DNA from: Vicugna vicugna
Lineage: Eukaryota
Length of the DNA: 64,000 nt
Reading direction: 5' to 3'
Assembly (NCBI GenBank): GCA_013265495.1
Contig: MU058844.1
Span: 7,377,260-7,441,259, forward strand
Each line of letters opens with the position of its first letter. Within the stretch, counting starts at the first letter, position 1. The notes beneath the pieces were generated by a model. That model saw only the letters and a list, made by a program, of their open reading frames with translations, searched no databases and had not been told where the DNA came from. Position numbers and translations under genes: made by a program. Below are positions 13,625 through 28,290 of the stretch, one piece after another.

Positions 13625-13915
13625 CACCAATGTTCTTTTTTTCAGGACCTAATCAGGAACATATGTTGCATTTGGTCCTCATGTCTCCTAAGTTTCCTGC
13701 AATTTGTGACAGACAACTCTCAGTCTTTCCTTATCTTTAAAGACATTCACATTTTTGAGAAGTACTGGCCCCTTATCTTTGCAGAACATCCCTAAATTTG
13801 GATTGTCTGATATTTTCTAATAACTGAATTGTAGTTACACATTTTGGGCAAGGATACCCAGAGGTGATATGCCCTTGTAGTGTATCATACTGGGGGTGCC
13901 TGCTGTCAATATGAC
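13625..13915 (-). mobile_element. L1MC-type 3' fragment
   Basis: 'tgttgcatttggtcctcatgtctcc...acatttttgagaagtactggcc...tttggattgtctgatattttct...ttttgggcaaggatacccagaggtgat'. Confidence 0.75.
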
Positions 13916-16549
13916 TTTTGAGAAGTTGTATTTTAAAACATATTTTATTACTTAAAATATTTCATATATATTTTTTATAACAAACATGAACAAGTTACAT
14001 AGTTAAAGAAAACAGGAGACAATAAATGAAAGTTTGGAGATGGTGCAGTAATTAAGTTACTAACCTTGTTTATAGCCCTAGATACTAAATAGGTTCCTAG
14101 TTTTGTGATTTTTTTCTTTTTTAATTTCTGTATATGAATACCCATCTGAATAGTGTTTATTCAGACTAGAATAGTATTTATTAAAAATAAATAGAGGCAT
14201 TACCAAAAGGAAAGGATCCCCATCATTGTTAAGCCTTCCAAATCAGTGAAATAAAATTTCTATCCATATCCATACAAAGAAAAGTAGTGATTTAAAAAAG
14301 GAAAAAAAAAAAAAAAAAGCCCACAGTGCAATGATCTTTGTGTTCACAATAGCAAGGCCATCATTCCGATGCTCTATTTATTGGGGTCTATAAGAAGGCA
14401 CCATTTTTATTTGTATTTTATAGTGTAATTATGAAGGATTTTTGGAAACTCTATCCAAAAAAATTTATAAATCCTAAGTATTCTGTTTAAAAGAAACTGA
14501 CTAGTCTTTAGTGACCAACCTGGCATTCTTTCTTGATTTCAGATGAAACAAAATAGGCTGTCTTCCAATTCATTAAAAGTATCTGAAGCTAGCCAACTTT
14601 TTCCACTGTTAAATGTGTTACAGTTCTCAATTGTACGTCAAAGCTATATTGTATAAATATTACAGTAATCAACTGTGAAGGTCCCAGATGCATTGTGGAA
14701 GAGAAAGGGAAGCCTTTTATCAAAAGCCAGTTCCTGCTTCCTGAACAATGATACAGTTTCTTCAGTTTCTCTCTAGAGACTTAAATTTAGTTAGTATTCA
14801 TGGAATGGGAAAATGAAATTTTACAGTACACGTGCAAGCACACCACACACACACACTGTATGCACTCAAACTTTTCAATGACCTTATGCTTGCTTTTCTT
14901 TTGTAGATGTTTGTTTTAATGATTTATTGAGACATATGTTTGTGTTAGATGGTGTGTCTATTTGACAACAATTTTCAGTGCACTTCAAGGAAGGAGGGCT
15001 TTACTTTTATTTTTTCTTTGTAAAAGGATTCTACCTTCTGCTGATCATCTGAAATATAACATGAAGTTAGTATAGTGACCAGATGTTATGCTCATCTAAC
15101 CAGACCATCTCTAGCCTGCTGCTCAAATTACTACAAGTCATTTCTCAAGCAACAAGAAAATTTACACTGTTCATGTTGTCACATTAACTTCAGTTATTTA
15201 ATGTGGAAGCTTAGGGCAATATCTTGAAAAAATTAGATTTGTTACTACCATGTTAACAAGAAAACTCACACCATCACTTTACCATTATAATACTTTGTAG
15301 CAATCTGAAATATACTTTTCTACATTAAATATGTTTGCTTGGTTTCAGGCCTTGGTACACAACATATTTGTTTTCTAAGTGTTCATTTGGAAATATTTAA
15401 TGCTCTCCTACAGTGTATTAGAGATATAATTATATCAAAAACATGCTCCCTGCCCTAGAAAATTTCGCTTTATCAATTTGTATGTACAATAACATTGGAA
15501 GAGATATTTTTTCCTCTTGGCTCTTTTTAGCATCAAAGCTACCTTTTCATATTAATGATTCATATTAATGTATTAATGTGCATGTGTGTATATTTGGGGG
15601 CCTAGGAAGAACATTTTTATTTTGTTTCCAGGCAGGCTTTGCTTCTGGATATAGACCATTACGTCCAAGTATAAGGTGAAAAGTTTTCCTATCAGTCTTT
15701 CCACCTGAGAGAGCCCCTGAGGTTGCTCTGTTCTTTCCCTGCTATACCATCAAAGCCGGAAGTTCACATTTGGTGGATAGGTAAATGCCCATGCCTTCAG
15801 TCAGGTTCCTTAGGTAAAGGACTCAGAGGCAGAATCTTCTTTTGTGGCTTTATAGTGGAGTGCTCTAGGGAGTACTATAGGTAAAAATATTAGGGAAGCA
15901 AGACATTACCTGCTACCTTAGGAAGCTCTGAAGCTGCAACAGCAAAATGTTGACAGAAGAACCAGGGCCTGTGATCATATCCATGGATCAGTCATTAGAT
16001 TAGAGTTGTACCCAGGGAAGGTATCATATTGAGCAAGACAGCTGCTGGGAACAAGTAGCCTAGATCATGTATGTGTATTTAGTATATGTACATGTATGGT
16101 TATATATGTGCATATGTATATGTATTTTTCTATCATGAATATTTGATTTAAATGGCTATACACACAAAAATACTAATAGAAACAAACATAAGAAAGAACA
16201 TGTATATCCATGTATGTAGGACCTTTTTGAAGAGATATTTTAAGTAAAACTGATCTTGAATAAATATTATTAAGATGCTAGTTTACCACAAATCCCTGTA
16301 TAAATTTAAAGGTAATTCTTATTCAAATTATAACATAGTTTGAAATGACATTAAAGAATAGCTAAAATTAATCTTAAAAGTAGGGAGTCTAAATTTAGGC
16401 GTTTTATAAAATTTAAAGAATACTTTCAGTTTGTGCTACATGGAGAAATATAAATTAAAAGAAAATAAAATGGATCCTTTTAAAAAGTTTATTGAATTGT
16501 CTGAGGAAACAATTTCTATAATACTTAAAAATAGATTATATAATCTTAT

Positions 16550-17090
16550 TAAATAGAAGAGGGAAATCAGTGAGGATACTGAAGACTGGAACAACACTAT
16601 GAACTAACTTGGCCTAATTAACATTTATAGAACATGCCATCCAATAACAGAATACACGTAACTTTCAAGGACACCCAGAGCGGTAAGTAAAATAAACACT
16701 ATTATGAATGATAAAACACCTTCAATGAATTTAAGAGAATGAATGTTATATGAAGTATGTTCTCTGACCAGCAGAAAATTAAATTGGAACTCAATAACAG
16801 AAATATATCTGCAAAAATCTTCAGATATTTGGAAATTTACCCATAGATCAAAGAGAAAATCACAGAAGATATTAGAAAATGTTTTGATCTGAATGAAAAG
16901 AAAAAAATCACCTATCAGAATTTGTGGGTATGACCAAAGCAGTGCTTAGAAGTTTATAGCCTTAAATGTCTGCATTTGAAAAGAAGAAAGATTTCAAATC
17001 AGTTATCTCAGCTTCCATCTTAGGAACTAGAAAAAGAAGAGAAAATTAAACCCAAAATAAGTGGAAGAAAAATAAATTAACTAATAAGAG
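16550..17090 (+). mobile_element. L1 ORF2 fragment (endonuclease C-terminal region and linker), decayed
   Basis: 'atgttctctgacca' (FSDH motif region), 'aatttgtgggtatgaccaaagcagtgcttaga' (NLW..KAVLR), 'gaactagaaaaagaaga...aaacccaaaataagtggaagaa'. Confidence 0.85.
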
Positions 17091-20000
17091 CTATTTTTAC
17101 TGAACACTTAAAATAGCTCATGATCCAAAGCACAAGGCCTGGTTGTTCTAACTTTGGTCTTGTATCTTCGGAGAAAACAAGGCACCTTGTTTATTAGTCA
17201 CACCATAAATGAAGACAACTGCAGAGTATCCAGTCCTCTAAACAAAGCTACAACACCATTAGCACAAGAAAGAAAAATGAAAGCATCATTAGCAAAATAA
17301 CAAATGATCACCATTTTCTTATAAAATGAACATTCTTCCCCTCCAGTGAGACTACTCAAAGCCATGCTTACAAATAGGTCATAGAGATGCAAATTATTAA
17401 AATTATTCTGGAAACTTTTCTAAGAAAATGAAATATATATCTGTTATCTTGATTGGGAATCTGTCATAAAGAATTAATCTGAAACTTCAGCAAAAATTTA
17501 TTGACAAAGAGTAAGAGTACACTCTTGGCTAAAATTTTATTTCAGATTTTAGTCTCAGATCCATAACTTGCAAGACCATAGGACATTGACAAGCCCTGGT
17601 TCTATCTACACAATAAGAATAAGTGCACTCATGTTATGGGGTAACCACGAGGAGAGTGAGCTGTCAGTAAGTGGAAACCATTTATATAAAACATGTTCAC
17701 TATATCCTTATTTATATTAGTAAAAAATGAAAAAATAAATTTGGTTAAACAAATTATAATGTATTAATCAAACAGGATAAAATATAATCCTAAACATTAA
17801 AAAAGAAACAAAACAGAAGATTTTAAATAGTCATTCCATGGGAACATGTGTGTATGTTGTTAAGCAAAAGAAAATATGCTAAATGTTTATAACTGCCTCT
17901 GAGTTTTAATATTGTGAGGATTTGGGGATTTTTTTTTTTCTCTATACTTTTCTGTGCTATTTTAACTGAAGTGGTACATTTCATTTTATCAAATAAAAAA
18001 GTGTATTGGTTTCTTTCTTTTGACAAAAATAACCGTGAAAAAGAAAAAAGAGACTTGCTGTCACCACTATACAACTAGACATGGATAGTAGAATGGACAA
18101 ATGAAGGCAGTATGCCAGTTTGCCTTTATTACAGGACAAAATATTTATAACTTTTTAACAGTATTATTTTATTAAATGGGAAACTATGAAAATCATCTTG
18201 TTAAAATTTTATATAATACCTCCTAAAAAGTTGCATTTAAAAACTGCAATAAATGAATTTGGATTTATCAATCTTGAACATTGGTTCTACCTGAACTACT
18301 AATAATTGATGTAATTAAGCAGTATTATCTACAAGTTATTATATTATTATAGACTTTTTTAAATTAAAAATTCTTATTTTATAAGAAACTTCAAATATAT
18401 CACTGTTATTAATTTCACTCTCAAGATTTACTATAAATTCTGGAAAGAATGTTGTTTACCCCAAAACTAAATCTGTTGATGGAGTTTTATCATGCTGGTA
18501 AAATAAAATCACAAGTCTTAAATTGTATGAATAAATGAAGATAGACTATATATTACATAAAAATAAGTTTTTAAAAAAATTAACCACATACTTAACTATT
18601 GGAAGATGAATATTATAAATGAAGAACCACACCCAGTAAATCATGTAACAGTCTTGATAGTACCAATTTCAACATTTTTCTCAGCTTATTTTAATAATGA
18701 GCAGATTTGGATGGAGGTACATTTTAAACTACTTCACATCAGTATGAGGAAAAGAAAACATTATAATTACAAGCTATACAAATTAAGTTCTTGATAGAAA
18801 TAATAACCCAGTGAAGTTTTTTTTTTTTACAATGGGCAAAAATTTTATTACTGTTAATCTGATCCATATTTTATCAAATACTTATCCCAAATTGAATATA
18901 TTAGGTAGCAGTCGAGGACACAGCATCTTGACAGTCATTTATTCTAGTGAACCTCATGAAAATTTAAACACATATGATTCAAGTGGCATTCAGCCTTGGA
19001 ATTTTCTTATGCACAGTAATTGTTCATTAATAGTTCCAAGGCTTAGTAGACAAAACAGAAAGAATTGGGTAATTTTAATCCTAATTCTACTTATCCAGTA
19101 TATCAATTTATGTTGTTGCTGTTATGGAATCCCTTGAGAATCTATAATTTTAAAAATCATATTCCTAGAAAGTGAACAAACACTTAAAATATTTAAGATA
19201 CACAGCACATTACATAAATTTTCAAGAGGTCTTGATTCCACTTTGAACTAGTTACTATTTTTTTAAATTTAATGTGTGTATGAAAATAAAATATGCACTA
19301 TAATTATCTAAATACATTTAAAAACAATTTAATCAAAATATTTAAGTTAATACTTAGACTGTCAATCTCTTTCAAAAACTATTATGACAAAGTATGTCGG
19401 TATAAGAAGGTTTATCATTGAATTATTTACTGTATGTTTTAAAGTTAGTTGAGTAGTGGGGAAAGACATCAAATAACCGTGGAGGGTTAAATAAGCACTT
19501 ACTTCTCTCATAACTTCATTAAAAAGGCAGTGAAGGAAATTAAAAAACAAAACATGTTAACTAAGAAATGGTAGAAAAGGTAATAGCAGAGATTACAACA
19601 AAATTGAGAGAGAGAAACAGAGATGGAGTAGTGACAGTTGACTTAGCTTAGGAATCTGGAATCTAAGGGTCTACAGCAGGACAAAGTTAGCAAGAGGCAA
19701 GTACATTTATGACTCATCTCCAGGAAGGATGAATAACTGACTCAACAAGAACTCTTAAGAGGATGGAGAGAATATGGAATCAAAACTGAAAGGGATTGAA
19801 AATTTCTGTAAGGAACAGTTAAGAATCTCAGCTCTCTTCCATTAGCCCCTGCAGCAAGGAAAACTTTCATCTGAACTCTGCGGATAAAAAGAAGGTTCAA
19901 CTCTGGAGATGAATATAGACTCATTCAGTAAAATAACATTACCAGAATGCCAATTCACCTTTTTGAGTCACTGCATGGCCAGTTCCTCTACAGTCAATTC

Positions 20001-21978
20001 ATGGCAAACCAATTAATTGCTCCAGATGGTCAATTTACTAAGTAGCCAATTTGTGAAATGATTAATTGGCTAAATTAGCATGTTGCTTCTATTTCCTTTA
20101 AAAACATTTCATCTAAATATACACAGCATATATTATAATTATAGTATGAATAGTTAGTATTAAAGTGTATATTTGAGAATGCATTCATGAATATATTGTT
20201 CAGAATTTATTTCTAATAATAATATGTGCACAGAGTATATAGCCTTCATAAAATATGTATTTAATATACTCTGGAAGCATATATGACTTACATTTCTGGC
20301 AAGATAGTGATCCAGATTTTAAGAGAAAAACTTAATCACATCTATAGACACTGGATAAAATATACATATTTTTAGATACGGAGTTTTTTATTTTTATAAT
20401 CCTCTAGTTTTAAAATACAGTTTTAAATATGGTTTCTAGTCTCTGGCTTTGTGGAGATAAATAAGGATTATTTACTAACGTCAGAAAAGACAAGAAAGCA
20501 CAAATCCATAAGATTAAGAAAACTTTGGACTGTGATCCGCCTGGGTGTATCTACCTATTTCTGGAGCACTAAAAGTTGCCTTTGATTAGCCAAATGCACC
20601 TGGTATAGGGCAAAAGCCTGGCACCTGAGATGGTGGGGGAAGGGATGTTTAAGTGGGGAAAAAAAAGGAGTTTCACACAAAATCACACAAAAAGTCAAGA
20701 TCTGTGAAGAGCAGTTTTAGTGGGTACATCAGAAAGGAACCTGCCCCAGAGACAGGGAGAGAACAGTACCTACACCTTGGCTCTGGGCAATTCCTAAAGA
20801 AAGGACTAAGATACAAAAATGAGTTTATGTTATCACATAAAATGCTTAACCTGTGGATAAACTAAATAAATACTGACCATATAACATAATAGCAATAATA
20901 TCTAACTTAGTGTGTTTAAAATCAAGTTAGAATTGAAATAATCCTGGACGATCATGCTAGGTTCACATAATTAATGGGTAAAAGAGATAATCAAGTTGAT
21001 AATTAGAAATCAATGGAAAAGGTTCATAATAAAGTATAAAAATTTTTAAAAATCAAAAATCTGTATTTTCCTCTAAAGACTAATATGTTTAGTGTTTCTT
21101 GTACTATTGATAGATGCTTAAAGTTTCTAAGGTTCCAGAAGTAATTTCTGAAAATCATTTTGGGAGCAAACCCAAACTTCTAAGTGAAACTCATAGATGG
21201 CAAAATGAGTTCACACACACACAAAGGGTTCAGCTTAATCCCTGTGAAACAAATCCTGTAAGCTTTGCTTAAGTTAGTTCAGACAAGGTTCAGATAAAAT
21301 CTGAGCCCATGATCTCCAGCCAAATCAAATAAAAGGCCAAAATTTTGACATTGTCAGAATACTTTTAATAAGTTCAACATCTGTTGTTCTGTACTCTTCT
21401 GTCTGCAAAATATGGAAGAATAATAAGCAATTTCTTACCAAAAGCATATTGCCTTTGTAACTATTCCTGTGCTTGCTATTCATAAACTATACTATAATGA
21501 ATACTTTTTAACATTTTGAATTAAGTGACTCATAGAATCAAAATTAACATTTCCAATTCCACAATATTCTTGATGAATCCATCTCAGTAATATCTGCTAG
21601 GTTCAAGATATTAAGGAAAAGCATATGGAAGGAAGTACATCTTAGCTGAATTTAGTTGCTTTGCTTTTGTTAGTCTGTAAGGAAAGCAAATGGAAACAGA
21701 TGACATTCTCACATTAGGATAGTTAGAAGAGGATGTATGGATAGGAAATTAATTATGCTGGTATGAACAGAGTATAGAGGAAGTGAAAGGGATAGTACAG
21801 AAACACAGAGGTAGCAGCAATGGACTGGCATCACTCCTAGGCTCAAAGGACAAGGGAAGAGAATATTGAAAACTGAAAGGAAGGAAGTCCATGTAGAGCT
21901 GACCTCACTGACAGCAGCGATCTTCTCTTTGAGGAGAATTGGTCCTGCAAGGTTGGTCAAGGAACCCAGAAATAAATA

Positions 21979-22820
21979 CAATTGTCCCCCTCATCCATGG
22001 TTTCAGTTTCATTTTCCAGGGTTTCAGTTATCCGAAGTCTACCACAGTCTGAAAATATTAAATAGAAAATTCCAGAAATAAGCAATTTGTAAGTTTTAAA
22101 TTATGTAATTGCATATCATTGTGAGTAGCCCGGTGAAATCTCGCGCTGTTCGTGCCAGGGACGTGAATCATGCCTTTGCTCAGCGTTTCCCATTAGTCAC
22201 TTAGAAGCCATCTTGATTATCAGACCAACTGTCAGGTATCACAGTGCTTGTGTTCAAGTCACCCTTACTTTACTTAATAATGGCCTTGAAGCACAGGAGT
22301 AGTAATGCTGACAATTCAGAGATGCCAAAGAGAAGCCCTATAAAGTGCTTCCTTTAAGTGAAAAGGTGAAGGTTCTTGGTTTAATAAGAAAAGGAAAACA
22401 TTGTATGCTGAGGTCGCCAATATCTACCATAAGAACAAATCTTCTATCCGTGAAATTGTGAAGAAAGAAAAAGAAATGCATGCTACTTTTGCTGTCGCAC
22501 CTCAAACTGCAAATGTTATGGCCTCAGTGAGTAGTAAGTGCTTAATTAAGATCGAAAAGGTATTAAATTTGTACAATAAGACATTTTGAGAGAGAGAAAG
22601 ACCTCATTTCCAGAACTTTTATTATAGTATAGTTACAATTGTTCTATTTTATTATTAGTTATTGTTGTTAATCTCTCACTGTGCCTAATATATAAGTTAA
22701 ACTTTATCATAGTATGTATCCATAGGGAAAAAATATATATAGGGTTTAGGACAATTCCTGTATTCAGACATCCACTGGGAGTCTTGGAACGTCTCCTCCG
22801 AAGATAAGGGGGGGTTACTG
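21979..22820 (+). mobile_element. MER44/Tigger7-family internally deleted DNA transposon with a CENP-B-like transposase N-terminal remnant
   Basis: TIRs 'caattgtccccctcatcc' and 'gataagggggggttactg', TA on both sides; frameshifted MPKRS..LPLSEKVKVL..YAEVANIYHKNKSSIREIVKKEKE from 22322 (ORF track 22401-22589). Confidence 0.9.
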
Positions 22821-24237
22821 TACCTGATTTCTCTCTGCTTCCCAGGTGTTCTGATCAGTGTCGCACTGACATAACTCAAACTGAAGGCAGAGGGTAAAGA
22901 TTACGGTGATGTAATTTATAAATACATAAAATACCTCCTGGTCAAAAATCAGAGTGGGAAGAAAGTGAAATGTAGATCTGGAGGGGCAGTTAAAGAATGT
23001 CAACACACTCTGAAGTCATGAGCTCAGAAAACACAATGTAGGAGCAAAAGAAAAATGAAACATTCACTATATTACCAAAAGTCTCTGATCTGAAAAATCA
23101 CAATAGTAAAAAAGTGCCACATTTCCAAAAGGCCAAGTCAAATGCCCTTGAAAAACGAGTACAATAAATTAGTTGAACCACTTCCTTCTATGTGTGCATG
23201 TATGTTTGCATATTCCATTGTTCTTTTGAAGTAAATTTAATGAAACAATGTTTTTTAAATGCTTTAAATATTTAATATCTACATGAAAATGTATATATTG
23301 TCGCTCTAATACTATAAGCATTCTTCTATGGTAATAAAAATTCCACTATAATGAATATTTCCATAACAAAATGAAATATGCCATTTTTTCCTAAGTAATT
23401 AAATTCATAATTATCCTCATAGGTATTTTTTCAGAAATCTCATAATATTTCAAGCAATAAAAAGTTAAGATAATAAACAGTTAATATTAAAATCTAGATA
23501 TAAGTTTTGAAGTTTTATTTCATTTAATCTCCATGAGTCCATAGACATTTATAAGATTATAAAACCTTATTTCCCTCCTTACAGAACAAATCAGGACAAC
23601 TTTTTAAATGACATATTTTCGTATAAATTCCCTAAAGAAAAAAATATCTCATTCCTTTTTGTTAAATGAAAAACAGAATTAAAACGGGGCAATTTTGTTT
23701 CTTGAGAACATACAGATATGTGGTAACATTCTTTACTTGTTTTTATTAATTTGGTGTGACTGTTAAGGATACTACCTCTGTAACCACACAGAACTAGGTT
23801 AAAATTCTGACTGTGACAATTTCTTTTACTATAAATAGGCAAGGTACTTAATTTCCACAAACTTTACCTCTTTATCTTTAAAATAGAAACAATAAGAATA
23901 TTAATAATATCTACCAACCTCATGTTCTTAAAAATGTAAAACCAAATAAAAATCTTATAAGTAGAAGTTATTCTTTCACCTCACAACTCCAACAGACATA
24001 GCAAATCCTAAGATCCACAAGCTTCTAACAGAAAGATTTAAGCTGGTTACTGCTAGGAAGAAAACTTTCCTAAAATCTGATTGAAATATGGTGCCAGATC
24101 TAAAATGCTAAGAGGGAATTATTTATTCATACCATATTTGAAAAAAGTAAGGCAGATATAGTCAGAACACACCAAGAGCCCACTTTCTCTCAGCTCATCT
24201 AATGCATTATTTTTTCATTAAATACAAAGCATATCTT

Positions 24238-24302
24238 TATTAATCAGGGTTCTCCAGAAACACAGAAACAGTAGGAGACACACACACACACACACACACA
24301 CA
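24238..24302. mobile_element. MLT2-like LTR terminus running into (CA)12
   Basis: 'tattaatcagggttctccagaaacacagaaacagtaggag' then a CA repeat at 24279-24302. Confidence 0.65.
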
Positions 24303-25464
24303 TTCATCCTACTGTCTATCCCAAGTTTTTTTAGATAAACTTAGGACATATATTTAATGAATAAACTTTCTCTGAAATAGCAATTGTTTATGTTTGCTAA
24401 AACCACATTTATTATGGAAGGGTCAAGAGAAATCAGATAAGCCTGTAAATGAAACAAGGTAGCTCACAGAATGCTACAGATTTAATTTTTGTTGCAACAT
24501 AATTTTCAAACCTAATCATTTATTAAAATAAGAAAATTTTATCTTACTTGAATTTATGAATATCTGTGTTGAAAGTTATTTGAAATACATATGTTAAAAA
24601 AGTCACTTTTAGTCTAGAAAGTATATATTAGCTTATATTAGATAAGAACCTATTTTTATTGCCCAAGATCAATTTGAAATTTTACTGCAAGATATCAACT
24701 CTGTTTATGGTGTAGCTCAAAGCAAAGATATGATACATTACATGGAATCAATCAAAAAAAGTTTAACGTAAGAATCTCTATCTTGGATTTTCCTGAATTC
24801 AAATATTCTGGCCAGTTGTCCTTACCCATACAGTTGTATATCTGATACTTGGTTTGGAAAATGTTGCCAACATATAGTATTAAATATCTAGGAGTAATTG
24901 GTAAAGATTTAGGAATATTAGTATATCATAATGTGTCAACTTTCTTTCTTTTACAGCCCACTCTTTTTTCATACTTATTTTTTTCATGGTGAAGTTTTCC
25001 TTGTTTTTTGAATTTCAAATTGAATATGTATTTTCCAAGTATGCATATTCTGAGTATATTCCCTTCAATTAAAAACATTTAATCTATAAAATATCTTACC
25101 ATTAAATTTAGGCACTGAGTGGATTGCCTCTAATCCTTACCGAAGTGTACAAATGTTAAGGCAGAAAATAAGAGATTTTGCAAATAGCAAGTTATGTACA
25201 CATTAGCTTTTAAACATTATTTACATTGCAGAGTATAGATTTGCAAATATTCTAAATTGAGAAGCATCACAATCTTTTTTCAGATTGTTTCCTCTAGATA
25301 CCTGATACATCCTGAAAATCATAAGAAACTGCTCATTTTTACCCCTAAGAAACTTGGAAAATTGTGAAATTCTAGACAATTTTAGATCTTTCTCCTCTGA
25401 TGTGTCAGAAAGGTGCTAGCCATTTGCCACAATCGGTTTAGCTTTTTCATTTCTTCATGAGCAC

Positions 25465-25938
25465 TGAATCAGTTAGCCTGTGCTATCTAAAAAGCCCACC
25501 CCAGAATTAATGGTTCAAGTGAACTTTTAGTTGTTGTTGTTGTTCCTAGCTATGAGGCAGCAATACGTACTGGGTTCTGCAGAGAAGTGTGGTCTGGGTT
25601 GGGCTTGCTAAGGCAGCTGCAGTCAGCTCATAGACCTGCTGGGGCTGGAAGGTCTAGGATGGCCTTTCACGTGTCTGCTGGCTGTTGGCCAGGTTCTCCT
25701 CTGTGTGGTCATCCCATCTACTTTAGACTGACTTCCAGTCTTGGCAAATTGCAAGAGGGAGAGAGCAGAAACGGCCATCCTTTCCAGTCCTGGGTTCAAA
25801 TGTGCACATGTCACTTACATCCTATTCTTTTGGTTAAAACAACTCATTTGGGCAAGATTAGATTCAAGGTGTGGGGAAAAAAGTCCCCACCCCTTGATGG
25901 CAGAGGCCCCAGAAATGTGTAGACAGTTTTAAGTCTAA
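25465..25938 (-). mobile_element. MaLR LTR (old MLT1 subfamily)
   Basis: 'gcagctgcagtcagct...ggggctggaaggtctaggatggcctttcacgtgtctg...gtcacttacatcctattcttttggtt...agattcaagg...ccacccttgatggcagag'. Confidence 0.8.
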
Positions 25939-25957
25939 CATAGATGTATAATTAATC

Positions 25958-26340
25958 TAGCTTTCCCACCCTCTAATCCATTTGAATATGGCCATGTGAC
26001 TGAGCTCCAGCCTGCAAAATATTAGGATGAAGTGACAGCCACCTTCAGGCATAGCCAAGGTAGCCTCCACATATACTTTGCCATATTTTGTCTTCCAGTT
26101 CATGGCGATTGCAGTGCCTATGGTGGCAGGAAACCAGGTAATGAAGATCAATCTTTCTTCAGCCTGAGTCTCTGAATAACAGTAAACAGAGCATCCTTAT
26201 CTACCCCGACCTCCACACCTATCCTGTCTTCCTGGGGCCATCCTAAACTGCTTGTGAGTAAATTACAAACTTACTTTATATTAAGCTATTGCCTACTGGG
26301 GACTAATATTTAGTATAGCCTAATTTATTTTTAAATAATA
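25958..26340 (+). mobile_element. MaLR LTR (MLT1J/K-like)
   Basis: 'tggccatgtgactgagctcc...gaagtgac...cagcctgagtctctgaataac...cagagc...ttaagctattg'. Confidence 0.65.
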
Positions 26341-27199
26341 ACAGTGAATGTACTTGGGGGTTTTTTTGGTGTATTTGTCATAATGTAATAAACTCTTTTA
26401 ATACTAAAATTGCTTTTTCCCAGCAGATCATTTGAGAGTAAGAAGTCCAATTTTAAATAGAAACCTATTTTTACTGAAGGCATAATTTCCATGTGTAAAT
26501 ATGAATTTTTCTGATAAAATTATTGCAGATATGTGAAAAACTGCAAATTTTTCACATAAGCCATATAGTATTCTAAGGCCTCTTTCAATCAAGAGTTTAG
26601 TTTGTATGAGTTAACCTAGTCCTTAAAGTCTAGGGGTGCTGAAAATTCCTATGTTATATGATAATATTGTTTTAACTTGGAGACTCAGAAAAATTATTTC
26701 AGGAAAATAATTTTTGAATAAAATAGAATCCTCTGGGTACTCAAAATTGAATTTTTTCAGAAGCTTTTAATAATCTTAAGAAGAAATCAGATTACCAAAA
26801 AGGAGACTCCCTAAAACTCTAAGCAGTAATATTGTCAGTAGCTGTGAGATTTTGGAAGAAAAACTCCAAAATACACTAGTTTTTTTTTTTTTTGTATATA
26901 ATGTTGCTATGACCTAATAATGTAGATTACTTTTCATAAATGTATCTATAATTTTTTTCTTTTTAAAATAATGCATCAATATGTTAAAATCTATATAATA
27001 ATGGAGATATGTAAAAATGAAATGCCTTATCCTTATGCATGACATCAACTCTTCCCACTGCTGAAAGATAACTACACTTCACAAGTTCTTTCATCCTTCA
27101 AGTAATATTGCTAGGTTTCTTTTTGATATTATTCTATCCCTGGAACTTTAATGTAATGCTATAGCTTAGAGATATTTCTATTTAAACATGTACATAAAT

Positions 27200-27850
27200 C
27201 TATTTTATGACTTTCTGATTTTAGACAATTTTTGTTAAACCCTCTAAAAACTATAAGGAGGTTAGTACACTTACATTTCCTTATCACCATCTCTTTCCAG
27301 ATAGTCTCACTTATTTTTTTTATATTGTCAAGATTTAAAACATTTGCATTCTTGTCTATAAATAAAATTCCCATAAATGTTTAGTTACAGTGTTCTATTT
27401 AAATGCCTTTCATGTTCATCATCATTCTTTTTACCATAATTTCTCTAAAACTGAAGGATGATGATGATAATGATGATGATTATTATTTTGATACATACAT
27501 ACTTGTCTGAATTTCAGCCATAAGATTTTATTAATTTATATTTTAAATCGATAATAACTTGGCTGGGAATAATACTATTCAGTCATACCTTATGTCTCGA
27601 ACTTTTGCAGACCTGGCAAATGTATCTTCTAGTACTGGCAAATGAATCCTCTGTAAAAGTTTTGAACTCAGATTGCTTTTTGTTGTTGTTGTTGTTTCCA
27701 CTAATAAGTGGCTGACTTTTTGCATTTGGAGACTCTAGAATTTTTCTTTGTCTTTGAGGTGAAAATATGAAATACAAGATTATGTCATCTTGTTGATCAT
27801 CCTGTACCAAAGTTTCTTGGAACTTAGTTTTCTTTCAGTCTAAAGATGCA
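27200..27850 (-). mobile_element. Ancient L1 5'/ORF1-region fragment
   Basis: 'gataataacttggctgggaataatact...tcttctagt...ctctagaattttctttgtctttgaggtg' resembles the antisense ORF1 region of old L1s. Confidence 0.45.
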
Positions 27851-28189
27851 CGTAGTAGCAAGTGCTATGCTCCACTGATATGATATTAGTTACCTTTATC
27901 ATTTTCATGCACACCGACTCCCAGCACAGAATCTCGTTTGGAGGGTTGTCCTCGGGCTACCAGTCTCATCTCATCTGCTCTCTTCATTTCTTTGAAAGTG
28001 GGAGATTTTTTTAAAAATGTCCACTCTTCTCTGAACTAATTCTTCATCTTCTATACATGATGTACATGCTTTCTATTCATATGCCATTGTCCTCCTTTTA
28101 ATACATTAATTTTAAGAGATGCTTACTTACCACATAAGGTACAGGGTTATATCAGAGGTATATCCTTCATTTGATTATGAAGCAATAGT

Positions 28190-28290
28190 ATGGTAAGTGC
28201 TTTTTATACACTATCCCACTTAATTCCCGCAACAAATATAAGTTTCTTGTTATCCCCAGTTTATAGACAAGAAAACTGTTAATGAGATTG
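28190..28290 (-). mobile_element. MIR fragment
   Basis: 'taagtgcttttta...ttaattcccgcaaca...ttatccccagtttatagacaagaaaactg'. Confidence 0.65.
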
